Translations under genes and position numbers: made by a program
The notes under the pieces: generated by a model
What the model was told of the DNA's origin: nothing
What the model saw: only the letters and a program-made list of their open reading frames with translations
The model's database searches: none
Assembly (NCBI GenBank): GCA_963707985.1
Contig: CAVPRW010000025.1
Span: forward strand, 32,001-96,000
Length of the DNA stretch: 64,000 bases
Reading direction: 5' to 3'
Origin: an uncultured Nitrospinota bacterium
GTDB lineage: Bacteria; Tectomicrobia; Entotheonellia; J063; CAVPRW01
In this document: one piece after another, positions 7,925-19,425 of the stretch
How the letters are laid out: the number at the start of each line of letters is the position of its first letter
How positions within the stretch are numbered: position 1 is the first letter of the stretch

Positions 7925-10900
7925 TCACTCCAGCCAGAAATCGCTAGGCCAAACGCGCGGCAAGAGTTTTCCGGGAACATCGCCTTCGAGCTCTGCGAGT
8001 TGGGATTCCGGGGCAATAGCGAAAAACACCACTTGCACCGCTGACTGCAAAGCGTGATCTTCTGACCCCATTGTGACGCTGGCCATGACGCGGGGCACAG
8101 TATCGCGGACACGCTGGAGGAGTTGGGGGTCCCTCCGTAGCCGCCCGAGTATTTGCGAGAAGCGCTGCATCCGCTCCGGCGTCAGCCCCTCCCTGAAGTC
8201 AATGGCTATGGCTTCCGCGCGTGCCGATGGTGAGAGGGCGGTGCGCGAAAAGGCAAAGCTCTGGGCGAGCGCGTAATCGACGGCCGACGACTGGTTAGGT
8301 TGGGAACCCGCTTTGGTCATGGCGCGAATAAAAGTCAGCGTGGCCCGCACACTGGGACAGCGATCTGCATAATAGAGGATCGTACCTTCGCGGGGGCGAA
8401 CATCCAGCCCGTTACCATAGGCCAGGCCCGCCTCCCAGACCTTTTTATACCAGGTGTGGGGGCCAGTTCCAGCCAACGATTTACCCGCCAGAACTGTAAT
8501 CACCGAGGCGTCGTCGAGGTCCCGATAGGTTGGCCCTTTAGCCGTTACCACCACGTTTCCTGTCAAAGAACGCTCATGGACGTACCCCACATAGGTGGGA
8601 TAGCCGATGGCCAGCTCTGGATAACGGCGCTGAAGTCTCGGCCACACGACCGGCGGGGCGTCGCGAGGAGGTTCTCTCACGTCCCGGAGCGGAAACGATC
8701 GTACCAGGGCTTCAACGTGTGGGCGGGCCTGCTGGAGAAGAAGTCGGTCACCCATGAGCCACAGCCGCAAACGCGAGCGGTCGAGGATGAGCGCCTGGAG
8801 CTCACGCATTTCCTGGATGGCTTGGGCTGCTCCCACCTGGAGATCGGCGAGTGCTTCGGCACTCGAACGCTGTATGCCCTCTCGGACGAACGCTGGTGGC
8901 CATGCCTGCAGCTGGCCTCGCCAGTAGTCAACGAGCTGTCCTCGTAAGCCGGTTTCCTGTATGTCCGCCAGCACCAGCGCGATCTCCGTGACCGAGACAG
9001 TTTGCAATGACGCCAGGAGTCTGCTGGCGAATGCCTCTAAATCCTGTAACGTTTCCGTCGGGACTGGCCCGGCAAGCTGCCAGGCAAGGCGCTGCAAGTG
9101 GTGAGCACGTGTTGGTGGCGCCATGAGGCTGAGATACAGATGATCATCCTGATAGCGGAAGGCCTGCGCCAGTGTTTCAATCCACTCTTCCTCCGGACGC
9201 TGGGTCAGGGTGCGCTCGAGGCTGAGATGTTGTTGCAAGAGATCACGGAGCCGCGACAGGTTGTCCGGACCTAGCGCATTGGCGTGCGTCACGCTCCTGA
9301 CAGAGTCGAGCGCGGCGCCGAATTCCTTCAGCCCCACTCCGGAGGCCGTGATCATCAGCTCGTAGCGCTTGGCCTCAGGGGCGGTGCTGTAGCGAGTCTC
9401 CAGGCGATAGAGATGGCGCTGGATATGCTCTTCAAAGGGAGGATTCGGCGTCATTCCCTCCCCCTCGTCTATCCCGGTCGAGCGCAGCAGCGCCGGAAGT
9501 AGTGGTAAATACCGGTAAAGATGACTTGGCACGTCACGAAGATCGAACGCAAGGCCGATCTCCGTCAGCGCCGCGCCTTCGACATAACTAGCCACCGTCG
9601 GCACCCCAGCAATGGTCAGTTGAGCATAGGACAGCGTGTCGTCAAAAGTGCGCGGCGGATGCATGGTGAAGGTAGGTAACGCCATCGGCTGAGTGGTTCC
9701 CGAGTGCTGCACCTGCTGATTGGACCGATCGGCTTCAAACCTCCGCAACGCCTCCTGGTCGTCAACACCGCCATAGCGCTGCTGGATGGCGGTGAGTGCG
9801 GTGGCCAGGCGTGCTTGCCGCTCCTGATCCAGCTGTTGCAGCAGGACAGGGGAGGGAATTGCGGCCGTTCCATACGGCAGGTCGAGGAGTCCCGCCTGTT
9901 CGATCACCCCACGCCAGATGTTGGTGCTGGACTCGATCTCCGTTTCCAACCGCGCCCAGGAGGCTTGCCAGTCGAGCGACCGACGCCCGGCCGCTTCTTG
10001 GTCGAGCAACTCCAGATGCTCGAGCCACGTAGCTTCGAGGCGTCGCTGGCCAAAGCCTGGTGGAGTGGTGTGCCATACGGTCAGGGCCCGTCGGCGGGCG
10101 GTAAGATACGCGAGGATTTGGCGATTGAGTGCTAGCAGCTCGCTGGATCCGTCGCGATAGCTGGCGATCTCCCGAAGCTTGGCCTGTACATGGCCGCGGA
10201 GCTCTTCGAGTCGTTCGATGGTGAGGCGATCACCCGGGATGCCTTCAATCCACAACAGAATGACCGGCCATGCCGGATCATAGGTGGGCAGGAACATGCT
10301 GCCCACCTCAGTCGCTCCAAGATCGATTCCCTGCGTCTGGCGGTCGACCAGCCGGCGATAGAGCATCGACTGGGGGCCCTGCCCAAAGGCAGCCAGCAAG
10401 GCCTCAAGGCGCAAACGATCATCGAGAGAGGGCAGATGGATGGGAGGCCACCCGAACAGGATCGGTGCCGGGTCGGTGGCATCCTTGCTGGGCCAAGGCA
10501 CGAGCTGCAACTCCCGATGCTCGGCCGACAGAACGCGAGGGGAGGGTGTGACGACGGTCTCGCGTGGGGTGGTGGACTCGGTGCGGTGGAATGCAGCAAG
10601 GAGGCTTTCGAGGCCCGTAAGCACCTGTTCAGGTGGCTGCTGGCGATCCATGACGATCACCAGTGGCGTGCTGGGTCCCAGGACATAGTGCTGGCGGTGA
10701 AACCGGCGTATCTCCCTCGGTGTGAGGGTACGGATGGCATCTGGCGTCCCGCCAGCCTGAAACGTCAGTGGATGGTCTGACCCCAACACCAATTTCAACA
10801 GGGCATACCAGGAGTCGTAGAGCCCCTGCTGGCTATGCATCTCGGTATACACCGTGCCCTGTTCGGTCAGCCAGCGCTGACCCGTGCGCGGCTCAGTGGC

Positions 10901-11500
10901 GACACCAATCTGATACACCTCTTGTTGGGCCTCGGTATCGCTGAAATCGGGATGGAAGAGGGCCTCCAGCAGCTGTTTCAACACTTCGTAAAAGGATGTC
11001 GGACCACTGCCAGTGTAGAAGTGATACCAAGTGTAGCGCTCGGCCGTAGCCGCCGTGATGCTACCCAGGCGCATGTCGGCCAGCGTCTGGAGTGCACGCC
11101 CCGTCGTGCCTTTGCCGAGGAGAAGATGCTCCAACGCGTGAGCCGCGCCATGGTCTGCCTGGGGATACGTACGGACCATAAGCGCCGCCTGCGGAGCCGT
11201 GTCCATCCACAGGAAGTGCACGGGGAGGCCGATGGCCAAGTGGGTCAAGCGCAGCCCGATGACTTGCTCAGTATGATTCGTGTAGTGCGCCACGACCCTA
11301 AATCCCGCGATGGCCTGTCCGATGGGGAAGCGCGCTGGAGGCGTCTTGCTCTTGCGAATGAGTGGGCCCATGGCCTGTTGCCCCAAGGTGTCAGCCGACA
11401 GGCCGATGACCGACAGTATCAGGCCTATCACCAAGAGCCGGGCCGTCGTGCGCTTACCGTCGCTGGAGATCGTGGCGTCTTCCGGTCTGGCTCGGTTCAC
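7925..11500 (-). CDS. Large M16-family (insulinase/presequence-protease-like) zinc metallopeptidase, probably exported
   Basis: Inverted zinc motif HALEH plus GTVYTEM, and a hydrophobic N-terminal segment. GTG at 11500 overlaps the PPTase TGA (GTGA). The ORF track extends it to 11536. Confidence 0.8.
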   Translation of the reverse strand: MNRARPEDATISSDGKRTTARLLVIGLILSVIGLSADTLGQQAMGPLIRKSKTPPARFPIGQAIAGFRVVAHYTNHTEQVIGLRLTHLAIGLPVHFLWMDTAPQAALMVRTYPQADHGAAHALEHLLLGKGTTGRALQTLADMRLGSITAATAERYTWYHFYTGSGPTSFYEVLKQLLEALFHPDFSDTEAQQEVYQIGVATEPRTGQRWLTEQGTVYTEMHSQQGLYDSWYALLKLVLGSDHPLTFQAGGTPDAIRTLTPREIRRFHRQHYVLGPSTPLVIVMDRQQPPEQVLTGLESLLAAFHRTESTTPRETVVTPSPRVLSAEHRELQLVPWPSKDATDPAPILFGWPPIHLPSLDDRLRLEALLAAFGQGPQSMLYRRLVDRQTQGIDLGATEVGSMFLPTYDPAWPVILLWIEGIPGDRLTIERLEELRGHVQAKLREIASYRDGSSELLALNRQILAYLTARRRALTVWHTTPPGFGQRRLEATWLEHLELLDQEAAGRRSLDWQASWARLETEIESSTNIWRGVIEQAGLLDLPYGTAAIPSPVLLQQLDQERQARLATALTAIQQRYGGVDDQEALRRFEADRSNQQVQHSGTTQPMALPTFTMHPPRTFDDTLSYAQLTIAGVPTVASYVEGAALTEIGLAFDLRDVPSHLYRYLPLLPALLRSTGIDEGEGMTPNPPFEEHIQRHLYRLETRYSTAPEAKRYELMITASGVGLKEFGAALDSVRSVTHANALGPDNLSRLRDLLQQHLSLERTLTQRPEEEWIETLAQAFRYQDDHLYLSLMAPPTRAHHLQRLAWQLAGPVPTETLQDLEAFASRLLASLQTVSVTEIALVLADIQETGLRGQLVDYWRGQLQAWPPAFVREGIQRSSAEALADLQVGAAQAIQEMRELQALILDRSRLRLWLMGDRLLLQQARPHVEALVRSFPLRDVREPPRDAPPVVWPRLQRRYPELAIGYPTYVGYVHERSLTGNVVVTAKGPTYRDLDDASVITVLAGKSLAGTGPHTWYKKVWEAGLAYGNGLDVRPREGTILYYADRCPSVRATLTFIRAMTKAGSQPNQSSAVDYALAQSFAFSRTALSPSARAEAIAIDFREGLTPERMQRFSQILGRLRRDPQLLQRVRDTVPRVMASVTMGSEDHALQSAVQVVFFAIAPESQLAELEGDVPGKLLPRVWPSDFWLE

Positions 11501-12252
11501 GATGGCCTGCTCCAGTGCCAGCAGGCGAGCTGCCAACCCTGACCCTCCACTGCCAAGGCCGCGACATAGCCCGGCCCAGGAGGGAGTGCCTGCAGAGACC
11601 AGCGCAGGGCTTCCCGCGGATCACTTCGCGTGGCCAAGAGCGCCGCTGGCTCACCAGGGGCCAGCGACACATCGAATTGGTCTAGCGGCAGCGACAATCC
11701 CTCTCCATGGGCTTTGATATACGCCTCCTTCCGCGTCCAGCAGGTGAAGAAGGCCTCATGCTTCGCCGCCGCAGGAAGGGCGCGGAGGGTGGCACATTCC
11801 TGGGAGGAGAAGAAGTGTTCAGCGATTTCCTCACCGCGGATTTCCCGACCCAGGTATTCGATATCGACGCCGATTTCCCGGTCACAGGTGACGGCAAACA
11901 GGGCCATTTCATGGGAATGCGAGATATTGAAGCGTACCCCCGTGGCATCAAAGCCATCGGCCAGGGCCGGCTTGCCGTAGGCACTATAACGAAATCCCAG
12001 CTCGGACGCTGGTACACCCAGGTAACGGCCGAGAATGTCCCTGAGCACCCCGCGGGCAACGGTAAAGCGTCGGCGATCTCGGGGGAAGTGAAAACGTGCG
12101 GCGCGCTGCGATTCGTCAGCGGAGAGGGTGGGTTGTAGTTGCGCAACACATGATGCATCAGGGTCGAGGCAGGCCCGCCAGACATGGACCTCAGCGCTCG
12201 ACAGTGTCAGATCTACCTGTGGAAGGTGCCAGTGATGATCGAGGCTCGTCAT
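11497..12252 (-). CDS. 4'-phosphopantetheinyl transferase, Sfp/HetI type
   Basis: YGKP, FNISHS, IGVDIE and WTRKEAYIKAHGEGL motifs. Confidence 0.92.
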   Translation of the reverse strand: MTSLDHHWHLPQVDLTLSSAEVHVWRACLDPDASCVAQLQPTLSADESQRAARFHFPRDRRRFTVARGVLRDILGRYLGVPASELGFRYSAYGKPALADGFDATGVRFNISHSHEMALFAVTCDREIGVDIEYLGREIRGEEIAEHFFSSQECATLRALPAAAKHEAFFTCWTRKEAYIKAHGEGLSLPLDQFDVSLAPGEPAALLATRSDPREALRWSLQALPPGPGYVAALAVEGQGWQLACWHWSRPS

Positions 12253-12336
12253 GTCCGTTGCCCTCCGCTGCTCTTGCCATGGTTCACAAGCCATCTTGCT
12301 TGCATCGACCTACGATAGGTTTTTCGGGGAGAGCGA

Positions 12337-12550
12337 TTAGAGTTCATCTCGATTAAACCATGGGTACCATCGGGTCAGACGCAGACGAAAGTTATACAGC
12401 GCAGAGCAGACTTCCATGACGAGATCTCGGACACCAACCTTTTGAAGGCGGCTGATGTCGTAGACGATGCGACAGCGCTTGAGGCTGCTGTTGACATGCT
12501 CGATGCGCACGCGACGGCTACTGTCACGACGGCTTGCGCGGCGTTGCCTG
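12337..12550 (-). pseudogene. IS5-like (DDE_Tnp_4) transposase C-terminal fragment
   Basis: SSRRVRIEHVNSSLKRCRIV..RDLVMEVCSALYNFRL. Confidence 0.7.
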
Positions 12551-12877
12551 CCGATGGTGTGGTCCTGCAGGCAGGCCACCAACGCGTGATCGAAATGGGG
12601 CAGCGGCCCTGTGCATTCTAGCTCGGTTCACCTCGTCATCACTTGCAAACCTCCAGCACGTTGGGTCACATCCTCGTCGCATGGCATAGGCACCTCCGAT
12701 ACGCCATTGTTCAGCGGGAGACATCCTACACTCTAAAGCTTGATAATGTCTAATGACGATCGGGGCTTGATGCCGATGATAACCGTTAATGAAACAAGCC
12801 ATCTGAAGGAGCAGCGCCATGAAAAGCTCGTCCTCGCAGAGCTGGAGCGACTTCGAGTCCCCTAATGAGCGCAAGAG

Positions 12878-14419
12878 TCAGTCAACATGAGGGGGTATAT
12901 TAGATGTTGATCCTTCCTGTAGCGGCCCGCAGTACACCTCCGTCATTTTGCGAAAATGATAGCCCAGTGCGGCCAGCATGACTGCCTGCGGAAACTTGTC
13001 GCGGTGGGAGGCCGTGACCTCTCGCATGTAGTGCCAGAACTCGCCGCGTTCAGTGTCACGTACGCCGAGCGAAAGCATGACTCGCGCCAGCGCCGCGAGG
13101 TCGCTGGCGAGGCTGCCGCGACGTGGTTCCGGCATGTGCTGTTCGACCCGCTTCAGGCTATCCAGTGCGCGCCGGTAATACTCCTTCGAGCTGTAGATTG
13201 TGCGTAGGATCGTTTTATAACCCTCGACTAGCCGCTCCGCGTTCATCCTGGGAACGAAGCTCAACGAGCAGTCGGTGTTATTCCCGGTCGTCTCACCGAG
13301 CAGTCGCCCCTCGCCCTCCAGCCGCCGCCAAAGCTGCGTGTCGGGCAGCGCCCCCAGCAGGCCGACCATGGCGAGCGGAATGGCGCTCTCCCGGATAAAA
13401 TTGACCTGCCGCTCGAAAATATCTTCAGGGTCGTTGTCGAAGCCGACGATAAAACCGGCCATCACCTCGAGCCCATGTGATTGAATCTTCTTCACCGATT
13501 CGAGCAGGTCACGCCGGGTATTCTGTCCCTTCTGCGCTTCCTTGAGGCTCGCTTCCACCGGCGTTTCGATGCCTAGAAAGACGCGGCGGAAGCCGGCGCG
13601 CCGCATGTCATCGAGCAGATCATCGTTGTCAGCAAGGTTGACGCTCGCTTCGGTGACGAACGAAAATGGATAATGATGGCGCTCAGACCATTCGACCAAT
13701 TCGGGGAGTAGACGCTTAACGTTGCGCTTGTTGCCGATGAAATTGTCGTCAACGATAAACACCCCCCCGCGCCAGCCAGTCTGTATAAGTGCGTCCAGTT
13801 CGGCGAGCATCTGCTCGTTACTTTTCGTACGCGGGACGCGGCCATACATCTCGATGATGTCGCAGAATTCGCAATTGAAGGGGCAGCCGCGCGAGTATTG
13901 CAGTGACATCGCCCAGTAGCTCTTGAGGTCGGCGAGTTGGAAATCAGGGACGGGGGTGGCGAATAGTACTGGTCGCTCTGCGGCTTGATAGATGCGTCGG
14001 GCATCGCCGCGCTGCAAGTCGTGCACAAACTCAGGCAGTGTATCTTCGGCCTCGCCGACGAAGATGTGATCGGCTTCGGGTACACTCGTTGGGCTTGTGG
14101 TAATGTACGGCCCGCCCACCACCAAGCGCTTCCCGAGCGCCTTGCTCAGCGCCACAACTCCACGCAGCGATTCCTTCTGCACGATCATCGCGCTGGTAAA
14201 CACCATGTCCGCCCACTCGATGTCGGACGAACGTAGCGGTTGCACATTCATATCCACCAGACGCCGTTCCCAAGTGTTCGGCAGCATCGCGGAAACAGTC
14301 ATCAGTCCCAGCGGTGGGAACGTGGAACGCTTGCCCTCAAATGAAAGAGCATATCGAAAGCTCCAGTAGGTGTCAGGAAATTCTGGATAAACGAGCAAGA
14401 CCTTCTTGTGGTCATTCAT
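12878..14419 (-). CDS. B12-binding radical SAM protein with DUF4070 (HpnP/BchE-like class B methyltransferase family)
   Basis: [12 protein letters not shown] cobalamin-binding domain, [12 protein letters not shown] (CxxxCxxC), [16 protein letters not shown] and C-terminal GYHF. Confidence 0.88.
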   Translation of the reverse strand: MNDHKKVLLVYPEFPDTYWSFRYALSFEGKRSTFPPLGLMTVSAMLPNTWERRLVDMNVQPLRSSDIEWADMVFTSAMIVQKESLRGVVALSKALGKRLVVGGPYITTSPTSVPEADHIFVGEAEDTLPEFVHDLQRGDARRIYQAAERPVLFATPVPDFQLADLKSYWAMSLQYSRGCPFNCEFCDIIEMYGRVPRTKSNEQMLAELDALIQTGWRGGVFIVDDNFIGNKRNVKRLLPELVEWSERHHYPFSFVTEASVNLADNDDLLDDMRRAGFRRVFLGIETPVEASLKEAQKGQNTRRDLLESVKKIQSHGLEVMAGFIVGFDNDPEDIFERQVNFIRESAIPLAMVGLLGALPDTQLWRRLEGEGRLLGETTGNNTDCSLSFVPRMNAERLVEGYKTILRTIYSSKEYYRRALDSLKRVEQHMPEPRRGSLASDLAALARVMLSLGVRDTERGEFWHYMREVTASHRDKFPQAVMLAALGYHFRKMTEVYCGPLQEGSTSNIPPHVD

Positions 14420-15895
14420 TATCTAATCTTTGCATAAGTGAGTACCAATTGGGATGTGTCGAGAACGATCTTCAGGTCATGCTTTTCCCTACGGGCAACT
14501 AAACTCCACCTTGGCGAACTCAGCAAATATTTCTTCAACGTCTGCCCTGGCAAGTGCGACGGCTGCTTCACAACTGTCAAGTGCTAAGAGCCGCTCTGCT
14601 TCGATTACTCTACTCGACCAGGGAGAGGTAGCTTTCCATTCTTAAACAACCAACATGCAAACCGGCACGGACACCCGCAACAGCCGATGCGGATAGTCTA
14701 TCGTCAAGCATAGACGCGCCAAACATGAATCGAAGTCGGGGAGAAATCCCTATCACAGAGCGTCAATGATGTTTTCACAAGCTGCACTATAATGTTTTGG
14801 TTCCCCAGCTCCTTCATCCGAATAGAACCAACAATGGGCGTTTCCAGACCGGAAGCGTCATTCTCCAGGAGAAGGATGATTGCATACATGTGATGGGCCA
14901 CAGCTCAACGATAGTCAAATTCGGTGCCTGTAGGTTGAGCATACAAAGCCGTCCACTGGAGCACACGGGTCAACTGGTCACTTAGTGTAAGCACTTGGCG
15001 TAGCACCCGCTCAGATTTTTCCGTGGAGACTGCTGCGCTCAAGCGCGCCTACCTTGTGAGTATTTGGTAATTTCTCCCTCTAACCTCCCCAACGATCTTG
15101 CTGGGGAGGTGCACCTCAGCGCTTATTGGAGCGGCTTATACAGAAAGGTTTCAGCATTATAGCCCAATTAAAGATTGAATACCTCAAGCGTTTCGGCGTT
15201 ATTGCCGGTCGCGAGTCACACCCGGAAGACCGTATCATAATTGATATCTGGTAGCTCTTGGGAACAGCAAAGGGAGGAGTTCCCCCGCCCTCTTGTTGTC
15301 TGGTCTCTGCTGAAGGGTCTCTAGAGCAACCGTCACACATACGAGGAAGCCATATGGTCTCCACAGCTCCCCTGCACGTAGCCCCCAGGTATCTACCATA
15401 GTACTGTGCTTATCTCTTGCCCATGGTAAGGACACCTTCCAGACACGGCACACCTGCCTACTAGGTGGGGAGGTCAGGCCAGGGGCTCCCCCATGGCTCT
15501 CATCGCCGAGCAGCCGACGGAAGGGGTGTCAGACCATACCAATCAGGCCTTAGCAGGTGAGGGACCCCCTGCGCATGGAGACCGAGCATGACCCGACGGG
15601 TGCGTCTGTCCACGTTCCTCTCTGCTCTAGCACAACCGCCTCGTGTGTACCGAACGCCCCTGGCCACATGCCGCGTTGCACGGTGGGTGCTTGGCGTGTG
15701 GTCTGGTGAGCTCCCGGTCATGGCCTCTACAGCCCCCATCGCACTGGCCTAGGATGCGGTGCGGTCAGCACATGTGACGGGCCAGCGCCTGTGCTATGGC
15801 GACAGGGTGACTGATGGGGCTGAGGTGGAGCAAGGCTCCGATTCCACGAATGCCTCCTCGGTTCTGCTGCAGCATCTGCCGAAGATTCCGTGGGA

Positions 15896-16000
15896 GCAAA
15901 GGCGTTGATCTCGGTGGATAGTGACGAGGTACACGGTGAGGATGGGCGTGCCCACCAGGCCATCGACGGGAATATCAGGACGATCTGGCACAGCGAACGC
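15896..16000 (+). pseudogene. F5/8 type C (discoidin) domain fragment
   Basis: SVDSDEVHGEDGRAHQAIDGNIRTIWHSE resembles the DS.E...A..AIDG...T.WHT motif. Confidence 0.5.
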
Positions 16001-16098
16001 TTGGCCGCCTTTTGGGAGCCACAGGGACTCGCGCCCGGGTGCATGCGGCAGTCCCGTGAGATGGAAGAAGCGCGAAGGCGGGTCCCAAACTTCTGTGG

Positions 16099-16356
16099 GC
16101 CTTGCGCCTGGTCTGGGACGGCGGGCCAGGCTGGGCGATGGCCACGCCGGCGCTCGTGGTCGTACAAGGGACCTTACCGTTACTGGCCCTCTCCCGTGCG
16201 TTCTCACGTGACGCACAGACCCTAGGGCTGGAGGAACCCACCAGTACGCTTGCCGCCAGGGCCGAATTCGAGGTCTTTGACACGTTCAAGGCGCTGGTTA
16301 AGGGCCGTTCAGCCCTCCTCATCAGCCATCGGCTCTCCATCGTCCGGATGGCCGAG
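16099..16356 (+). pseudogene. ABC exporter gene with its middle deleted (N-terminus fused to NBD C-terminus)
   Basis: ALRLVWDGGPGWAMATPALVVVQGTLPLLAL is joined in frame to SRAFSRDAQTLGLEEPTSTLAARAE..LISHRLSIVRMA (Walker B, D-loop, H-loop). Confidence 0.7.
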
Positions 16357-16556
16357 TCGCCATGTACCTGCACTGGACGGTTATCCCGTACGTACTACAG
16401 CCCCTCACGCTGTATGTGGGCCGCCCAATCCGGCTCCATGTCCTGCGGTCCCTGCTATCGCGGGTGCCCCGCTCTGCCCAGGTACTCGGAGCATATGGGC
16501 AACGTTTGATGAAGCGCCGCTGCTGAGGATAGGGGCTGCAGAGACGAGGTCAAGCG

Positions 16557-17073
16557 TTAGCATGGGTCTTCGGTGGGCATGATCTCGCCTTGGTCATCGC
16601 AAAGATGCAGCGCGCCAAGAGTGGCTGTAATGGTGCCACCCTCAAAACCCAAGCTCATGAGATAGCGCGTGAACCGCTGACGTTCACGGGGTGAACAGGG
16701 GTAACTCCTTGGAGCGAAGGCGCTTACGAGCGGCCTGCTCAGCGAGCATGGCCTCGTCAACTTCGCTATAGACTTCACGAAGCACCTCCTCCAATAACTC
16801 TGAAGGTATGCCGCGCCGCTGGAGCTCCCAGGCCAGTCGCCGTCGGCCCAGCGGCTTGGCCTGCAGACGATAGCGCGCCCAATCCAGTGCCACCCTGCGA
16901 TCATCAATGTATCCGTCAGCTGCCAATTGGCGAAGGACTTCGGCAACGATCGTCGTCGTATATCCGCGCTGCTGAAGACGCTCCGACAATTCGCTCGAAG
17001 TCTGACTGCGATAGGTGAGGAGACGATATGCCTGCTGTTTGGCGCGCTGTAGTGTCTGGGCGTCCTGGTCCAT
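16557..17073 (-). CDS. recX: Regulatory protein RecX (apparent frameshift near 16700)
   Basis: AYRLLTYR..ELSERL..GYIDD..GRRRLAWELQRRGI, directly downstream of recA. The C-terminus (RFTRYLMSLGF) is in another frame after a CCCC run. Confidence 0.85.
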
Positions 17074-17114
17074 GGCTAATGCTTCACCTGATCAATGCAC
17101 TCCGAACTTTGCTG

Positions 17115-18164
17115 CTACTTGACGGGTTCCGCTTCATCTGGCGAGATCCGGATCAAGCCCAGCTCACGTCTCAGCTGCGCGTCGAGATCAGCGGTAAGGG
17201 CTGGGTTATCCTTGAGATATTTCTTGGCGTTTTCGCGTCCTTGTCCGATACGCTCATCTTGATGAGAGTACCAAGCCCCACTCTTGGTGACGAGCCCGCG
17301 TTCCGCCGCCAGGTCCAGAAGATCACCTTCACGGGAAATCCCTTCCCCGTACATAATGTCAAATTCTGCTTGTCGGAATGGAGGAGCCACTTTATTTTTC
17401 ACGACCTTCGTTCGCACCCGACTCCCGGTTACTTCCTCTCCCTCTTTCACCTGATTCACGCGGCGAATATCCAGGCGTACGGAAGCATAAAACTTGAGGG
17501 CATTTCCGCCGGTGGTGGTTTCCGGGTTGCCCACAAACATGCCGATCTTTTGGCGAATTTGGTTCAGAAATATCATCGAGGTTTTGGACTTACTGATAAT
17601 GCCTGTGAGCTTTCGTAACGCTTGCGACATCAGGCGCGCCTGCAGGCCCATCTGTGGGTCACCCATCTCGCCATCGAGCTCTGCTTTCGGGACAAGCGCG
17701 GCTACAGAGTCAATGACGACGACATCCACGGCGCCGCTGCGGACCAGTGTCTCCGCGATCTCAAGCGCCTGCTCACCGGTATCCGGTTGCGAGATGAGCA
17801 ACTCGTCCGTCTTCACGCCCAATTTTTGGGCATACACGGGATCGAGCGCATGTTCGGCATCGATAAAAGCCGCAATGCCTCCCGTCTTTTGTGCCTCGGC
17901 GATAATGTGCAGCGCAATAGTCGTTTTGCCAGAGGCTTCCGGGCCGAAAATCTCCGTCACGCGACCGCGAGGAATTCCGCCAACCCCAAGGGCGGCATCC
18001 AGGGAGATCGAGCCAGTCGAAATAACCGAAACATCAAACGCACTGGGCTCAGCTCCAAGCCGCATGATGGCGCCTTTGCCGAACTGCCGCTCAATTTGCG
18101 ATAATGCCAAACTAATAGCCTTTTCTTTGCCCTCTTTCAATCCTTCCACCGTTGGCTCCTCCAT
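17115..18164 (-). CDS. recA: Recombinase RecA
   Basis: [43 protein letters not shown]. Confidence 0.99.
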   Translation of the reverse strand: MEEPTVEGLKEGKEKAISLALSQIERQFGKGAIMRLGAEPSAFDVSVISTGSISLDAALGVGGIPRGRVTEIFGPEASGKTTIALHIIAEAQKTGGIAAFIDAEHALDPVYAQKLGVKTDELLISQPDTGEQALEIAETLVRSGAVDVVVIDSVAALVPKAELDGEMGDPQMGLQARLMSQALRKLTGIISKSKTSMIFLNQIRQKIGMFVGNPETTTGGNALKFYASVRLDIRRVNQVKEGEEVTGSRVRTKVVKNKVAPPFRQAEFDIMYGEGISREGDLLDLAAERGLVTKSGAWYSHQDERIGQGRENAKKYLKDNPALTADLDAQLRRELGLIRISPDEAEPVK

Positions 18165-18215
18165 GGGGGTCGTGCCGTTTCGCCTCATCGGTCGAAAGTG
18201 CTAACCCTCTCCTTT

Positions 18216-18800
18216 TCATTCACCCTCCGAGGTCGGTGTGACGCGTGGGAAATGTGCGGTATGAATGGTCGAGTAGCGCGCTCCCGAAGCCTGCAGCTGA
18301 CTTTCGACCAACTCGATGTGGTCGACGTCAAGCTGACCCACTACCGTCTCACGATGGCGCTTCAGCGTCGTGAGGAAATCGCCTCGGTGGAGGATGCGCT
18401 TCAATCGGGCCAAGGTCAGGTGGGGCGCAAACGGGCGATTTTCGGATGGAAAGCCAACCTGCATCAAATGTGCGTCAAGGGCCTGTTGCATCTGGCGCAA
18501 AACCCCAGTCACTTCCTGAACACTCACCCACAAAACCCGTGGACTAGATTGATGTGGAAAAACCCCGACCCCGGCAAGCGATAACGTGAACGGCTGACAA
18601 TATTGTACTATCGTGGTCATACACGAAATAATCGGTTTGATTTGGGTAAAATCGACGTCGCCTAAAAATTTCAACGTCAGGTGAAATCCAGCTTCCCGCA
18701 CCCATGTCGCCTCTAATGGTAAGGGCCGAAACTCCTGTTGTAAAGCGACGAGTTTTGCCTTGACATCAACCGGGAGTGGGATAGCGATAAAGACGCGCAC
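18216..18800 (-). CDS. thpR: RNA 2',3'-cyclic phosphodiesterase (2H family)
   Basis: MRVFIAI start, two HxT motifs (HLTLKFLG, PHLTLAR) and cinA-thpR-recA context. Confidence 0.93.
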   Translation of the reverse strand: MRVFIAIPLPVDVKAKLVALQQEFRPLPLEATWVREAGFHLTLKFLGDVDFTQIKPIISCMTTIVQYCQPFTLSLAGVGVFPHQSSPRVLWVSVQEVTGVLRQMQQALDAHLMQVGFPSENRPFAPHLTLARLKRILHRGDFLTTLKRHRETVVGQLDVDHIELVESQLQASGARYSTIHTAHFPRVTPTSEGE

Positions 18801-18933
18801 CAGTCGCTTTTCCTCCCTGGCGACAGGGGCTCCATGTTATGAATCGTCGGAGTGCCAGCCGATGGCTGTCTGCTCTCCGCATCAACGTCAGTCGAGGGGG
18901 AATGAAGTATGCCGCTTGGGAGCGGTTCAGAGC

Positions 18934-19425
18934 TTAGCACGCTGGAATGTGGGTATACTGGCTCAGCGCATCGCGAAGTATGGTGAGCGATTTGACCGCC
19001 GATCGTTGCTGGATCTCCGTACGATCGCCAGGGATCACTCCTTCCCACCAGGCACTGACAGTTGGCAAAGCGATGGCAATATATGTGAGGCCGATAGGTT
19101 TCGAGCTTCGGCCGATCCGAGGCCCTGTCAGACCTGTGACTGCCATCCCCACTTCCACACCGCTGAGCTCTTGCACCTGCGTCGCCATCGCAAGGGCTGT
19201 TGCCAGACTCACAGCTCCGTGCTGGCGGAGCACGGCAGGTGGAATGGCAAGAGACGTTTCCTTCGCTTCATTGCTGTAGGCGACAATGCTCCGATCGAAA
19301 TAGCTTGAGCTCCCCGGGACGGACGTCAGTAGATAACCTATGAATCCCCCCGTTGAGGTTTCAGCTACGGCAAGATGCCAACCTCGTTCGATAAGCAATC
19401 GGCCTATCTCTTCTTCGACTGCCAT
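18934..19425 (-). CDS. cinA: CinA C-terminal domain protein (NMN deamidase PncC-like)
   Basis: LAVAETSTGG..VPGSSSYF..YSNEAK..HGAVS..VTGLTGP. Confidence 0.85.
   Translation of the reverse strand: MAVEEEIGRLLIERGWHLAVAETSTGGFIGYLLTSVPGSSSYFDRSIVAYSNEAKETSLAIPPAVLRQHGAVSLATALAMATQVQELSGVEVGMAVTGLTGPRIGRSSKPIGLTYIAIALPTVSAWWEGVIPGDRTEIQQRSAVKSLTILRDALSQYTHIPAC

Noticed and set aside
14420..15880. Possible riboswitch, group II intron or small genes
   Set aside because: Only isolated hairpins and short ORFs with no recognisable motif. An Rfam/BLASTX search would be needed.
18185..18205. CIRCE-like TTAGCACTT upstream of recA (minus strand)
   Set aside because: The second arm matches only 5 of 9 positions, so this is a half-site at best.
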